From Antedon mediterranea (lineage: Eukaryota > Animalia > Echinodermata), in NCBI RefSeq assembly GCF_964355755.1, contig NC_092675.1:7311812-7375811 (forward strand): 64,000 nt of DNA. The letters run 5' to 3'. The notes under the pieces were generated by a model that searched no databases, was not told the origin of the DNA, and saw only the letters and a program-made list of their open reading frames with translations. This document shows, one piece after another, positions 52,621-64,000 of this stretch; the first letter of the stretch is position 1, and each line of letters begins with the position of its first letter. Position numbers and translations under genes: made by a program.

Positions 52621-53381
52621 CTGAATATCCAAGAGACAGCTTCAACGAAAGAGGTGTTTCGACAAGCAATATTAACAATTTATAGCTCATAAAAATTCTA
52701 GATTTTCCAGATCTTATAACACTTTGGACTCCAACTCCAACCTACTTCGCAGAGTTATTTCAAATTATCAACATCATCTTGTTGCTAATACCGTACAACC
52801 ACCGTTAGGTTGTGAGGGTGGTGAAAACATGGGATATCTCTATACTGTAAATGTTAGGCGTAAATGGCTAATATTATCACAAATCTAACGTTCTGACATT
52901 GTAGAAACCATCTTCATGTCAACATTTATATCTGGTAAAAGATCTGTCTGGTAAAAAATGTACAGGTAGGCCTACCCGGTATATTAAAAAAACGAACATT
53001 TCAATCGAATTATTTCGAATTTAGCTGCATACTATTATATTGCAACAATATCTAACATATGAATTCTGCAAACCAATATAATTTAGACATTCTAAAAAAT
53101 GTAAATATTAGAGTACTTGATATTCTTAAATCGCTGAGTATCGCAATGATTGAAGAAACTAGTCAAATGTAATATAATTTATGGTAATATTAATCTTTCT
53201 GTGTGTATCATGATATTACCACAAGGCGCAATCTTCATCCACTTAGCTATTTGAAACGTTCACGTTTAATTGCGCCTGTAAATAACAGACAAATCAACAT
53301 TTAATTTAATCGTGGTATTTTCACACCCACGCAGATAAATATATCGTTCCGCATCTTGGAACTACTTATCGTGTTTCTTTT

Positions 53382-53521
53382 AAGCTCAGTCTACAATATC
53401 AAACTAATGATGTGCCCAAATATGTTAGTGATATGTCCAGATATGGTAGTGATATGACATCATCATGTCCATAAATGAGCACATCACATCATCATAAACT
53501 TTGATAGAGTAGACTGAGCTT
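53382..53521. mobile_element. Small MITE
   Basis: TIR AAGCTCAGTCTAC/GTAGACTGAGCTT with internal GTGATATG-like repeats; TSD unclear. Confidence 0.7.
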
Positions 53522-53593
53522 CGGATTAGGACCGATTATTTATATCAGTTTACTTTTGAAATATTATAAATAAACATTATTATCACGTCGGTA

Positions 53594-54417
53594 TCTATAT
53601 TATAAGTGAGAGAGTTTGTACGTCTGTCTGTTTGTTTGTTTATTCGTTATACAAATTGTTGTTACTGCACGTAACCTTACATATGGGGTACCAAAATGAC
53701 CGTATTTGTACCGGGAATGTAAACTACATTTTAACATCATCCGCCATCTAGGATCCAAGTTAGGGACCAAAATGTGGTGGGTGGTTTGTGATGTCATTTT
53801 TGCTTGGGCTCGGGGTTGTAGGCTATCGAAATGTAAAATTATACTACAAAATTTTGCAGTATTTGAATTATCTTCAGCAAGGCGTTTGGGGAAATATAGA
53901 TATAGATATACATATTTATTAACCAATATGACACCTATTCATTTACACATTTAGCAAAGTACTTTAACCATATCCAGCTATTTATCGGGCTCTTAGATTG
54001 TTTCATTACAGACATCCATTCCTGTGTGAACATAATATACACGTTCTTTACTGTTACAGTGTTCTACTACTATATTTAAACATCATCCGCCATCTAGCAT
54101 CCAAATTAGGGGCTGGGATGGTGAGAGGAGAAAGAAGGCTGAGGGAAAGAAGTATCAAAATTAGATATTTTAATTATCAGCCAGTATGACACCTATTTAT
54201 TTACACAGGTTTACCACGTTAGATGTATACACCTCTCAATTTAAAGCTGAAGTTGAATGTGTCCTGGGAAGAATTTGTTTTTAGAAAAGAGTGTGGGGTG
54301 TTATTGAAAAGGGGATGGGGGTTGGTGGGTATAAGGAGGTACTGGCGTCGGGTGCTATGTACTGAGAAGGCTTTAAACAAATTTTAAAACCCGCTCTGGG
54401 GCGGGTATAATTGCTAG
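53594..54417 (+). mobile_element. Non-autonomous Helitron
   Basis: A|TCTATATTATAAG start followed by a (TGTT/TGTC)n tract; 3' hairpin ACCCGC..GCGGGT (54389-54406) then CTAG|T. Confidence 0.75.
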
Positions 54418-55313
54418 TTTTTTTATAAAAATGTATTTAATCAATTTTCTATTTATGATTATGATCGAAAAAAATCCTTCAACAATGTCGACAATAATTA
54501 AAAATAGAGGAAAAAGATTAGTTAAATTTAAAGTTTTACCTTAGACTATAAACCATGAAAATCACATAAAACAACTAATGTTGAATTCGTTTAATGTGAG
54601 AATAGTTTCATTCATATTAAACCCTATATCAATTCATGAATAAAATCGATAATGAGAAAGATACATATTGTAGGCCTAATTAAATCCGAATAATATCTAA
54701 ATGAGGACAGAAACTATTAATCTTAGGCCTAATAAAAAATAAGAAAATTCTAAATTTAATTTAAATTTTATAATAATTATACACTGGGCCTAAAATATGA
54801 GTTCTGTTCGTCAAGTATAATACTATATGATATTAAATTAACTTTAAACTTAGCTTAACTTCTGAGATTTTCCTAAAAATAACATATAATCTCAAATGAA
54901 ACATCTTAGAATCTTTTGTAGAATACAAAAGATGTACTTCGTAGTAAAGAATCAATTTCGAGATGCTTCTTAAGTCATAAAAGAATTATAATGTCAAATG
55001 CGAAAGAACCTAAATTCTGTTGGTTCACTAACTAACTAACTAACTAACTTGATTCAACCTTAGATACATTCACAAAAGTGTTTTTACTTATTTGTGAGAA
55101 ACTGATACAAGACTGTAATATTCATTTCTATGTGGTTCACCAGAAGAAGTTGTAAAGGCACAATGGGCTTTCAATAATGTTGTCAAATTGTGGAAGACAA
55201 GCAGCAGTGCCGCAATAAGATATAATAATATTTAAAGGTTTGCAGGGCGAAATCAAATATTGATATAAAGTTAGCTGTACACCACGTATATTAGTTGTGA
55301 GAAGAACTGAGTT

Positions 55314-55355
55314 TCTCGACGTTTCGATCAATATGTGTTGATCGTCTTCAGGAGA
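55314..55355 (-). ncRNA. Minimal (Penelope-type) hammerhead ribozyme motif
   Basis: Minus strand: TCTC-CTGAAGA-C-GATCAA(CACATA)TTGATC-GAAACGTC|GAGA; palindromic ACGT stem III, GUC triplet. Confidence 0.8.
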
Positions 55356-55527
55356 GTGAGAATTAAATAACGAAAATTTGTTTTTATCAATGATTCTCAC
55401 AGGATGGTGTCCTATCATTGTATCTTTCATGATTGTTGTATTTTTATATTTGTGCTTGTGAGTTGAGTCATTTTATATGCATTTGTGTTATTCATGCTCA
55501 ATTCAGCCTTGCGCTGTATGTTTATAT

Positions 55528-55882
55528 GAAAACAGAGATTGATAGAAGGAATTGGCATGTGAAAGAACTGGACAGGGACCAAAAACAGAGATTGGTAGAA
55601 GGAATTGGTATGTGAAAGACCTGGACAGAGACCAAAAACAGAGATTGGTAGAAGGAATGGGTATGTGAAAGAACTGAACAGGGACCAAAAACAGAGATTG
55701 GTAGAAGGAATTGGTATGTGAAAAAACTGGACAGGGACCAAAAACAGAGATTGGTAGAAAGAATTGGTATGTGAAAGAACTGGACAGTGACCAAAAACAG
55801 AGATTGGTAGAAGGAATTGGTATGTGAAAGAACTGGACAGGGACCAAAAATAGAGATTGGTAAAAAGAATTGGTATGTGAAA
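55528..55882. repeat. 53-bp tandem repeat, ~6.7 copies
   Basis: Unit GGAATTGGTATGTGAAAGAACTGGACAGGGACCAAAAACAGAGATTGGTAGAA with few substitutions. Confidence 0.95.
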
Positions 55883-56983
55883 GCAGTACGCCTTGGCATG
55901 GAACACACGAGTAAAAATAAACAATAAACGGAGAGAACTAAGGAGGTGGTGAAAAATGTGGTTGGACAGAGTCGAAGAGAATTGCGCAGAACCGTGTGAG
56001 ATGGAGACGCGTAGTTGATGGTGTGTATGCACTGCTGATCTAACAAGGCATAAAGTAGTCACCAGTTTTAGTAAGTAGATTGATTGCCTTGGTAAAAGTA
56101 ACATGTTGAATCTGAACTCATACCACAGACATAAAAAATAGCTTTTGTTCAACATTCGTTATATATTTATTTTCACCACATGTCTGACACGAGATCAATT
56201 CTAAAGAAGCGTGGGTTAAAACATTTTCTTTAAAGTATTGATACATATCATATAAGCAAGTCAATACGTCAATGTACAATACAAAATCACAAAAAAACAA
56301 ATTGAATTTGTTTTAATTGAAGGACATTGCAACATTTAAATGTCACGACCTTTTGCGAAAAAATGAATCAAACAGAGTAAGCCTATTAATTGATAAACGA
56401 ATTGATAAACCAAAGGGAGGCCTAAAGTGGACAACATACGAAAGAAAACGAAACAATATAATATTATAAAATAGAGGCCTAAAGCAGACATCTTTAATTA
56501 GGCCTATAGCTTACACCGAGAATGCCAATGTTTTAATTTTCCTATATTAACTAATGTACATGCAGAATTATCGATAAAAGTACAGTGTTGTTGCATTAGA
56601 CAAAATAAATTAACTATTGATTAAATAAATATATAAGGTCATAAGTATTCCTTTATTAAGTCATGAGCAATCCAGTCTTGAGAATGTTTGTAAAAAATTA
56701 ATTTTAACTTTTTTTTTTTATTTTAAGACCTCCGTTTGAGGGTTGCGTTGTTTACTTTTAATATACTGAATCATACTGGTAATGTAATTTTAACAATAAT
56801 CAGATGATTAATAATATGTGAGAGCGCCATTTTTTTAAAGCAGACTACGCTCATTTGTCACATGGGTCAGTTTTATAAATCAGTAGACCAGTAATTCTCA
56901 CTTTAACATCATGTCATGTAATATACCATATGCTATAGAATTACTACACCAGATCAAGAGGGTAATTCTTTTCGTTCGTGATT

Positions 56984-57402
56984 AAGCTTGGTTCCCATTT
57001 GAACATGCACAACGCAGAGATGTAAGTACCTCGCAAGTAATTTGACCAATCCCAACGTGATAAATTATCCTAACTTTTGCTGGTGATTGGTCAACTAAAG
57101 CTTGGTTCCCAAAGAACGCAACGAAGGGACGTACAGTACGCTTGGTTCTCACTAATGGCGCGCACCGCAAGGATGTGACGCAGGGTAGCTGCCGATCACA
57201 AGCGATGAAGTCGCTTGTTATTGGTCAACATGCTTGCGTTACGTCCTAGTAGGAACCAAGCATTAGTGATTTTCCAAAGATATTCGGCTTAATATCACTT
57301 AATTTACCAATCGCAAAAGATGGATTATTCGAATTGACGCTTGTCATTGGTTAACTCGTCAGTCTGTTAACTATGTCTATGGCTCTCTCGTCGGAACCAA
57401 GA
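56984..57402. repeat. Cluster of degenerate MITEs with GCTTGGTTCC/GGAACCAAG ends
   Basis: Left-type ends near 56985, 57099, 57140; right-type ends near 57252 and 57393. Confidence 0.55.
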
Positions 57403-57614
57403 TTTAAGGCTATTAATGGGTTATAATCTAGAAATACTTTTAATGTACTTATATTTTTGATACAGTCGTTACTAACTGTATGTTTACATGTACATACATA
57501 TGAAAATACATTTAACCTGAATCTCAATAGGCCTAAGGCAGTATACAGAAATAAAGATTTAGTTTGAAACGGTCAGAAATAAATGTAGGGTATGCAGGAA
57601 CAATATTGGCATTT

Positions 57615-57645
<31 letters not shown>

Positions 57646-59018
57646 TTGTTCAAATAAGGCAAGTAAAATTAAACTAAATACACCTAATTTGATTTCTGTA
57701 ATATTTATTATGATTTACAACTGCGTATGTAATGATAAATATCAATTCCTGTGTGGGCTGTTTAAGTGATTTTTAACATATTTCACATTTGATGATATTT
57801 GATTTCTGTATAAATTGAGATGTTAAAATAATCTAGCCGGATTCCCAACTGCGCATGTCTACAATGTCTCTTAAAATCGATCGTTTTAAATTGAAATTGT
57901 TAACATTTGCAAAAGTGTTTGGCTTGTTAGGAAAGTGTGTATTTTCCAATGATAGAATAAAACACTCGTACAAATTGATCTTAGTCGTCTGGGCAACGAT
58001 GAACTGTTTGCAAAATTTGGAAATCAAGTGAAAATAAATTGGCTATTTTATTTTTGTCTCCTCGGTTGGTCGGAACAGTGCCAAATAGGAAGTGCCTTGA
58101 GATACTGATTTGCCCTTCCTTTCAAATCTTTGACTAGCATATAATAACGAGAAAAACTTTACTTGAACAACATTTAAAGCGCTCTGGTAGAGGAAACTAA
58201 TAACATTTTATGCCAAGTTTTTGTTAGTGGAATACAGTTGGTGTTCTTGTTTCAAGCAGATTAATTATAAAGGTAATATTTACTATATTTATTTGTAATC
58301 ATATTTTTCAATCTAATTATTCTACCACATATCTTTTTTTAAATATTATTTTTGTTTTATTATTTATATTCATACTTTGTTATATTGTTTCTTATAATTA
58401 AAATTAATAATGAAAATGTTGTGATTAGGCCTAAGTAAAAATGTATTTAAATGTTGCTGAACACCTTGTGGATCTTAAAGCAAACTTATAAAATTATCAT
58501 TGAATTATAATTAAATCTACAAATAATTTATTTTTTGATTTTTACTTTGATTTAAAACACCCTCGTATCGTTTCCTACATGCTTGTTTTATCAGACAAAC
58601 GTCTATCCCTTCCTAAGAGGTATAAATATGATTAAAAGTTCGTAGATGAGTATTGTCAATGTTAAACTGTAGGCCACTGCATTTTCAAATGAACTATGTC
58701 TGTTTTAAAGGACTTTAGACCTACATTGCATTTACCCTGGTTAATCATAAACCGCTGAGGGTCATATTCGATAATCGGAAGCCAACCTGAATATTGAAAA
58801 TGAGTTAGTTTTAAACTATAAATACATTTCCGGCACCCATCTTGCAGAGCGGATATCCAGTACCATTGACAACCATTAACAGCCAATTAACTTCAATAAT
58901 GTATCAATTAATTCATTCAGATTAAAGAAAGTGTGACGTCCAACCAACGTGTCTTGAGTGTCTGCAGAATTTCATATGTCATGATATTTCTACATTTGTT
59001 TTTATTTTTAGGTTATTC

Positions 59019-62000
59019 ATGATGCGTAATACACTTTCGGTCTATGCTTGTATTTTCGTCGTATGTCTGACGGTTTTTTCGGATGAATGTTGGGCGATTA
59101 ACTACTTCCAGAGGGTGATTGTTCCTCGTCGAATGAAATACCATCGTTATGGCAATCACGGTAGGAAAATAGACTGTAAAGACATTCATTGTTCTATTCT
59201 AGATTTCGTCATTAATGTCACCCCCCCCCCCCCCCGCAACTTCATTCTCCTTTCCCGGCTATAGATGTTGACTAAGAAGCACATATGATCTTTATCAAAG
59301 CAACTTCGCTATTTATATTTAAAAGCATAGGCCTAAACATAGAAGAACATGAAATTTGGTTTTCACATGCTTAAAAATTGAATCATTTTAGGCGATATTG
59401 TTGTAAGGTAGGCCTAAACAAATTTACTGATACAAACATAATAGAATAATAATAAATATTAAAATAAAATAATATATTAGATAAACCCGCTGAATTCACT
59501 TTGAAAATGAACAGTTTTGTTATTTTCTACATCGTTTTATTTCAATAGACTATACAAAATGTATATATAAAGCAATGGCTTATTGTTTGACAAAGCTTAC
59601 CATCGACGTTATAACCATAACACGAATTATAAAGCAAACAATATTATTAAAAAATGTCTTAGTTATTATTCGTTTATTATGCAGTACAGATTACCTTATT
59701 TTCACTAACATCCATGGATATAATAGTATGGCTTTCACTATATATTAATAAGTTTAAACGCCTACACGCTCGCATTGTTGAACGGTTATTACCAATATAA
59801 AAATGGTTGAAAACATGTAATAATATATGTGTAATCATTATCTGGTTACTATATAAGTTAATTAAAAAATTTCTACAAATTATGCCCCCAATATATGATG
59901 TCTTTTTATACCATTATTACACGCCTACACATGGTTAACGTAATATAATCAGGTTAAATTTGTAGATGGTAATATGAACTATTAATCAAATGTATTAAGT
60001 CTGATATGATACCATAGGAAATTAGCTCCACATAGGCCTAGTTTAGATATAATAGGGTTATAGGCGGTTTTGCCTTTCATATATACACAAATAAACATAT
60101 CAAAACATTATTTTTTCTTTTGAAGTTTCATTTCGATTGTAGGCCTAAAATAACTATGTTAATGTCAATTATTTATTTATTGCACGTGACAAGTGGTTTA
60201 TGTACCGTATGCCTTTTCGAATGTATGTAATCAATATTGTGTTAACATTACAGTATATAGAAATAAAGCTAGGTAGCGATCCATATCTTTATTTTACTAA
60301 TTCTTTATCCAGATTTGACTTTCATATTATCAAACAATAAAGCTAAACTTAAAATCCTGAAAAAAAACTATGCTTTCTCTTTACGTATGTCAACGGGGGA
60401 CCGTAATGTTGGGAAAGGGGATCGTAATTAGGTATGCCTGCTGGATACCATCCCCCATCAAACATGCGCTGCACTAAGTAGGCCTACAAGGAGGGGAGTC
60501 TTAAACGCACAGATTGTGGTATTGTTTACGTAGTTTAACCGTTCGACCACTCAACTTTACTAAAAATAAAGCCTTCATATGATGCCCCTTATTCGTGTTT
60601 AACCTTTCAAAGGTGAAGGTCATTGCCGCTTATGTTCAATAATAATGATTTATGTTACAGATGAATCTGTTCAATCCAGAAATATAAATCTAAATCAAAT
60701 GTCCTTAGATAGACCCCATACAATGTCCAATAAAATAACTTGTAAATCCTCAAAAAATGAAAACGAATAAATTAATGTAAATAAATATGTTATTTATTAG
60801 TAAAAATGAAAATTTAATTCATAACAAAGGCAAATGTATACCGTTAAGAAAGCGGACTCGTTTTAAAAGGATTTTATTTGGGAAAATATCATAGCCCGCG
60901 GATGTTTAATTAAACGGACGAACTGATTGCTTTGAATTTGTTTTAAAAAACACTATATTTTGTTACTATTGTAAGTAATTAAAATGGAAATTTTGAATCG
61001 TAATTAATACTATGTGTACGACGATAGTAGATGATTACATCATTCAAACGAAAAGTATTTCCTATTTATTTGCCTAAAGGTATCAGCGCATGCGCATTCA
61101 CTAAGTTGAGCCGTAGTCTGATGAGGAAAGTGATTGATGTGGGTGATAATTAAGATATTCATTCTGATGAGAATTATTTACAATTTGAACGATAACAATT
61201 ATGGTGAAAGCGAGAACGTTATGGTGATGAACAAGATATCTAAGGATGAATGAATTAATGTAACACTAGGATCATGATGAGAAAGAAACTGTGACATTGA
61301 GTCGGGCTGTTCCGAGTAAAGGGAATGATTAACTAATGAGTTATTTTAAATAAACGTTTCACTTTTCTTTATCAATTGTGATTTTCTTACTGATATTTGG
61401 GCATGGCCCATGGTGTAAACTTTAACTTTCTTCTTGGATTTACTCCCTCGTATCACTAATAATATGGTCCCGTAGGCCTATACTAACGTTTTATTAATTT
61501 ATTATCTTTTAAACTATCATTCATAGGCCTATATCGGCATGATCAAAATCATATATCTCACTATCTTCAATTGATTAACACTATACATCCTACCACTAAA
61601 AAATAAAAAAATAAAATAAAAAATCAAATACAAAAAACCAACGAATTAGCTATAACTGAACGATAAGATGTTTAGTAGTAGACCTCTTTAATCAAGATTC
61701 TTTTTTTTATATATTATACTTTAGGCCTACTGGCTACCATTTTTATTATGTAATACATTATTTAATTAGGCCTAATCAACACATTTACATATTTTAATAT
61801 TAAAAACTCTACGACATTGATTTGTGGCGTAAGGCGATAATATAATAGACACAGATTATACACATACTTATTAACAATTCACACTTCTAATTTAAGGTGT
61901 AGGCCTATTATTACCCTTTTTATTAGTCACCTTGTTCAGTCTCATACATTTGTCCGTTTTAAGCACTTTAGAACATAACAAATCCAAGTACAATAGTACA

Positions 62001-62548
62001 CTTGTGTATCTTAGACCATGGACCTATACATTAGATAGGTCCATGCTTACACCATGGAGCCATAATTAGATAGCTCCATGCTTTCACAATGTACTTGGTT
62101 AAAAAAACTAAATTGATTTACCATGTTACGCCTTTGAGCCAGGCTTACTTGTAACATGGAGGTATATAATGTGTATTCCTGCACAGTAACTTTGTATTGG
62201 TAGACATATGACTGTACATTATGTTTCTCCCTCGGAAGATTTTTGAGATAATTTAAACATAAATATTAAAAATGATAATGAACATTTCAATGTGTAAGAG
62301 TAAAATGCATTTTCAATAACCTAATAAGATGATCAATTCTTTGAAAACAACTCTCATGTTATTACATAATGATGTATCTTATGAAACTTATGAATTGAAT
62401 TGAATTCTTTTTAGGTAGCCGACGTTACTACGCTTATCGGAAACCACGTCAGATATCTGACGAGAATGTAAGAAACAGCCGAGCAGCTGCGGACAGCGTA
62501 CGGCAACGGGCATTTCGTGATTTCTTATTAAGCAGAAATAGCCGTTAG
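59019..62548 (+). CDS. Putative small secreted basic protein or peptide precursor (91 aa, or 118 aa with an optional middle exon)
   Basis: Exon 59012-59160 (TTTTTAG| ... CACG|GTAGGA) encodes a signal-peptide-like MMRNTLSVYACIFVVCLTVFSDECWA; phase-1-compatible terminal exon 62415-62548 (TTCTTTTTAG|); possible symmetric 81-nt exon 60661-60741. Confidence 0.55.
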
Positions 62549-62999
62549 CTGGATTAGGCCTACTATCAGATCAATAATACACAACAGAAGTTAACTGTTC
62601 AGAAATGTAAATTAACATGGATGTAACGGTCAAATGCCCGAAATCGTACAGTAAGGACATCTGATATTATATATTATGAACACAGTGTTTCATCAAATCT
62701 GTGCGTGCACGTCACAATATGTTGCCATGAATTGATGTTTAGAATATATTGTGCTAGTTTTTTTTATATCGTCAAACTGAAGGGCATTTGTTAATCAAGG
62801 TACAATATCCGCAATCTTTCCGTTTAACGGAAGTTTAAAAGAATACAAAAATATCTGCAAAATTCATTTCCGATTTTATATTTCATGTGTAGTATTATTA
62901 AAAGGTCGAACTTTAACCCCCGCCCCCACCCCATCAAACAAAATAATATTATAGAACACGTGTGACTTGATAAATAGTGGTTAATGAGGGTTAAATATA

Positions 63000-63060
63000 A
63001 TACCCCTTTCACACCAATAGCAAAACTCCGGAGATCACTGCTTTGGTGTGAAAGGGGTAT
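63000..63060. repeat. Short palindromic MITE-like element
   Basis: Perfect 17-bp arms ATACCCCTTTCACACCA/TGGTGTGAAAGGGGTAT. Confidence 0.75.
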
Positions 63061-64000
63061 AAGTTACTTTATAATAATAGGATTCGAACATCATAAAGCC
63101 CTAGTGGTCTAGTGGTAGGGTGAAATCTATTTCGAATGTCAGTTACAGGAAAGAATTTGCACTCTGATTCACTTGATATTTAAGAATAATATTTATTATT
63201 CAAAACGCCATTTTAAGTCACTGTTTCAATTATATATCCATTAATTCATTTTGAAACTTCAGGTATACTTATCTACCCACGTTACTTATTTCGATTACCT
63301 TCATGATTAAATCAATTTCAACAGATTCATGAAAACGTTTTAAATGCACTCGTGTATAACATCAAAGTTATTGCAAACGCCTATATCGATACAAATACTA
63401 ATATAACAAATACTCTATATTCAATTTAATTATGTACATAATAGATTAACGTTAACTATTGTATGTGTTTTCTTTTCATTCACGTTTTAAACTATCATCA
63501 TCGTATATTATATTACTATCGTCATTTCGTCATTATCTGTAATTGATTAAAAGTATGCCTGTCACAACAGTAGGGTTGTTACCCCGGTGAACTGGTTCAC
63601 AAAATAGCCCTAACAGGAGGTTACCACCTATCTGATACCACAGTGATTGATTTACTATTGGTAATCATTGGCCACATTGCCTCAAGACATAAAATAAATT
63701 AAAATTAAAATAAATTTTACTACAGAATTCCTCACCACTGCAACCGGCGCCAACAAGGAGAATTCCTTTTTTTAGGACGCCCGGCCCCTATATTCGGGAG
63801 ACACTTTCTTTTGAAAATCCAACTTCTATTCATAGGAAAACTGTTATGTCCCGAATTAGTACGTTCACTTTAATATATTTTTTTACTAGGTTGATCATGG
63901 GATCAATGCCGGGTCCTTGAACAGCTCGATCCACCCGGCACACAGGGCTATCTACCTTCACGTTTACTTTAACAGGTGGCGCTTTGTAGGCCCAATAACA

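Noticed and set aside
55528-55882. CRISPR-like array; long ORFs 55427-56155, 55503-55847, 55522-56046
   Set aside because: Units are contiguous with no unique spacers, there are no cas genes, and the context is eukaryotic. The ORFs are by-products of a stop-poor 53-bp repeat.
61080-61153. Possible extra exon (CISACAFTKLSRSL...) of the secreted-protein gene, superficially calcitonin-like
   Set aside because: Weak acceptor, early stop, and Cys spacing C-x3-C rather than C-x5-C; unsupported without RNA data.
61110-61200. Two CTGATGA motifs as possible hammerheads or C/D boxes
   Set aside because: No proper GAAA, stem III and stem I arrangement.
60535-62915. piggyBac-like element (TTAACCGTTCGACC ... 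GGTCGAACTTTAA)
   Set aside because: Match is short and imperfect, and the interval contains plausible host exons.
63098-63125. tRNA gene starting GCCCTAGTGGTCTAGTGG
   Set aside because: Only an A-box-like 5' fragment; no acceptor-stem partner or convincing T arm.

Overview
AT-rich animal genomic DNA (spliceosomal introns; repeat content suggests a marine invertebrate, possibly an echinoderm, which is inference). The first ~51 kb is a tandem array of class-A peptide-receptor-like GPCR genes: three complete 4-coding-exon copies (10-8202, 13857-22049, 30724-39188) and an orphan, still open last exon of a fourth paralogue (50646-50885). Copies 1 and 2 are an almost perfect 13,847-bp duplication; the only coding difference I found converts NPxxY to YPxxY in copy 1. 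A full-length TSD-flanked CR1/L2-group LINE (41522-50063, minus strand) with a 2A-like peptide at the start of ORF2 carries a three-deep nest of DNA transposons plus a hairpin-ended element. Hammerhead ribozyme motifs occur in GPCR intron 3 (both strands, copies 1 and 2) and next to a 53-bp tandem repeat at 55.3 kb. A probable small secreted, Arg/Tyr-rich protein gene lies at 59019-62548. All alignments and folds were done by eye; no database searches were run.
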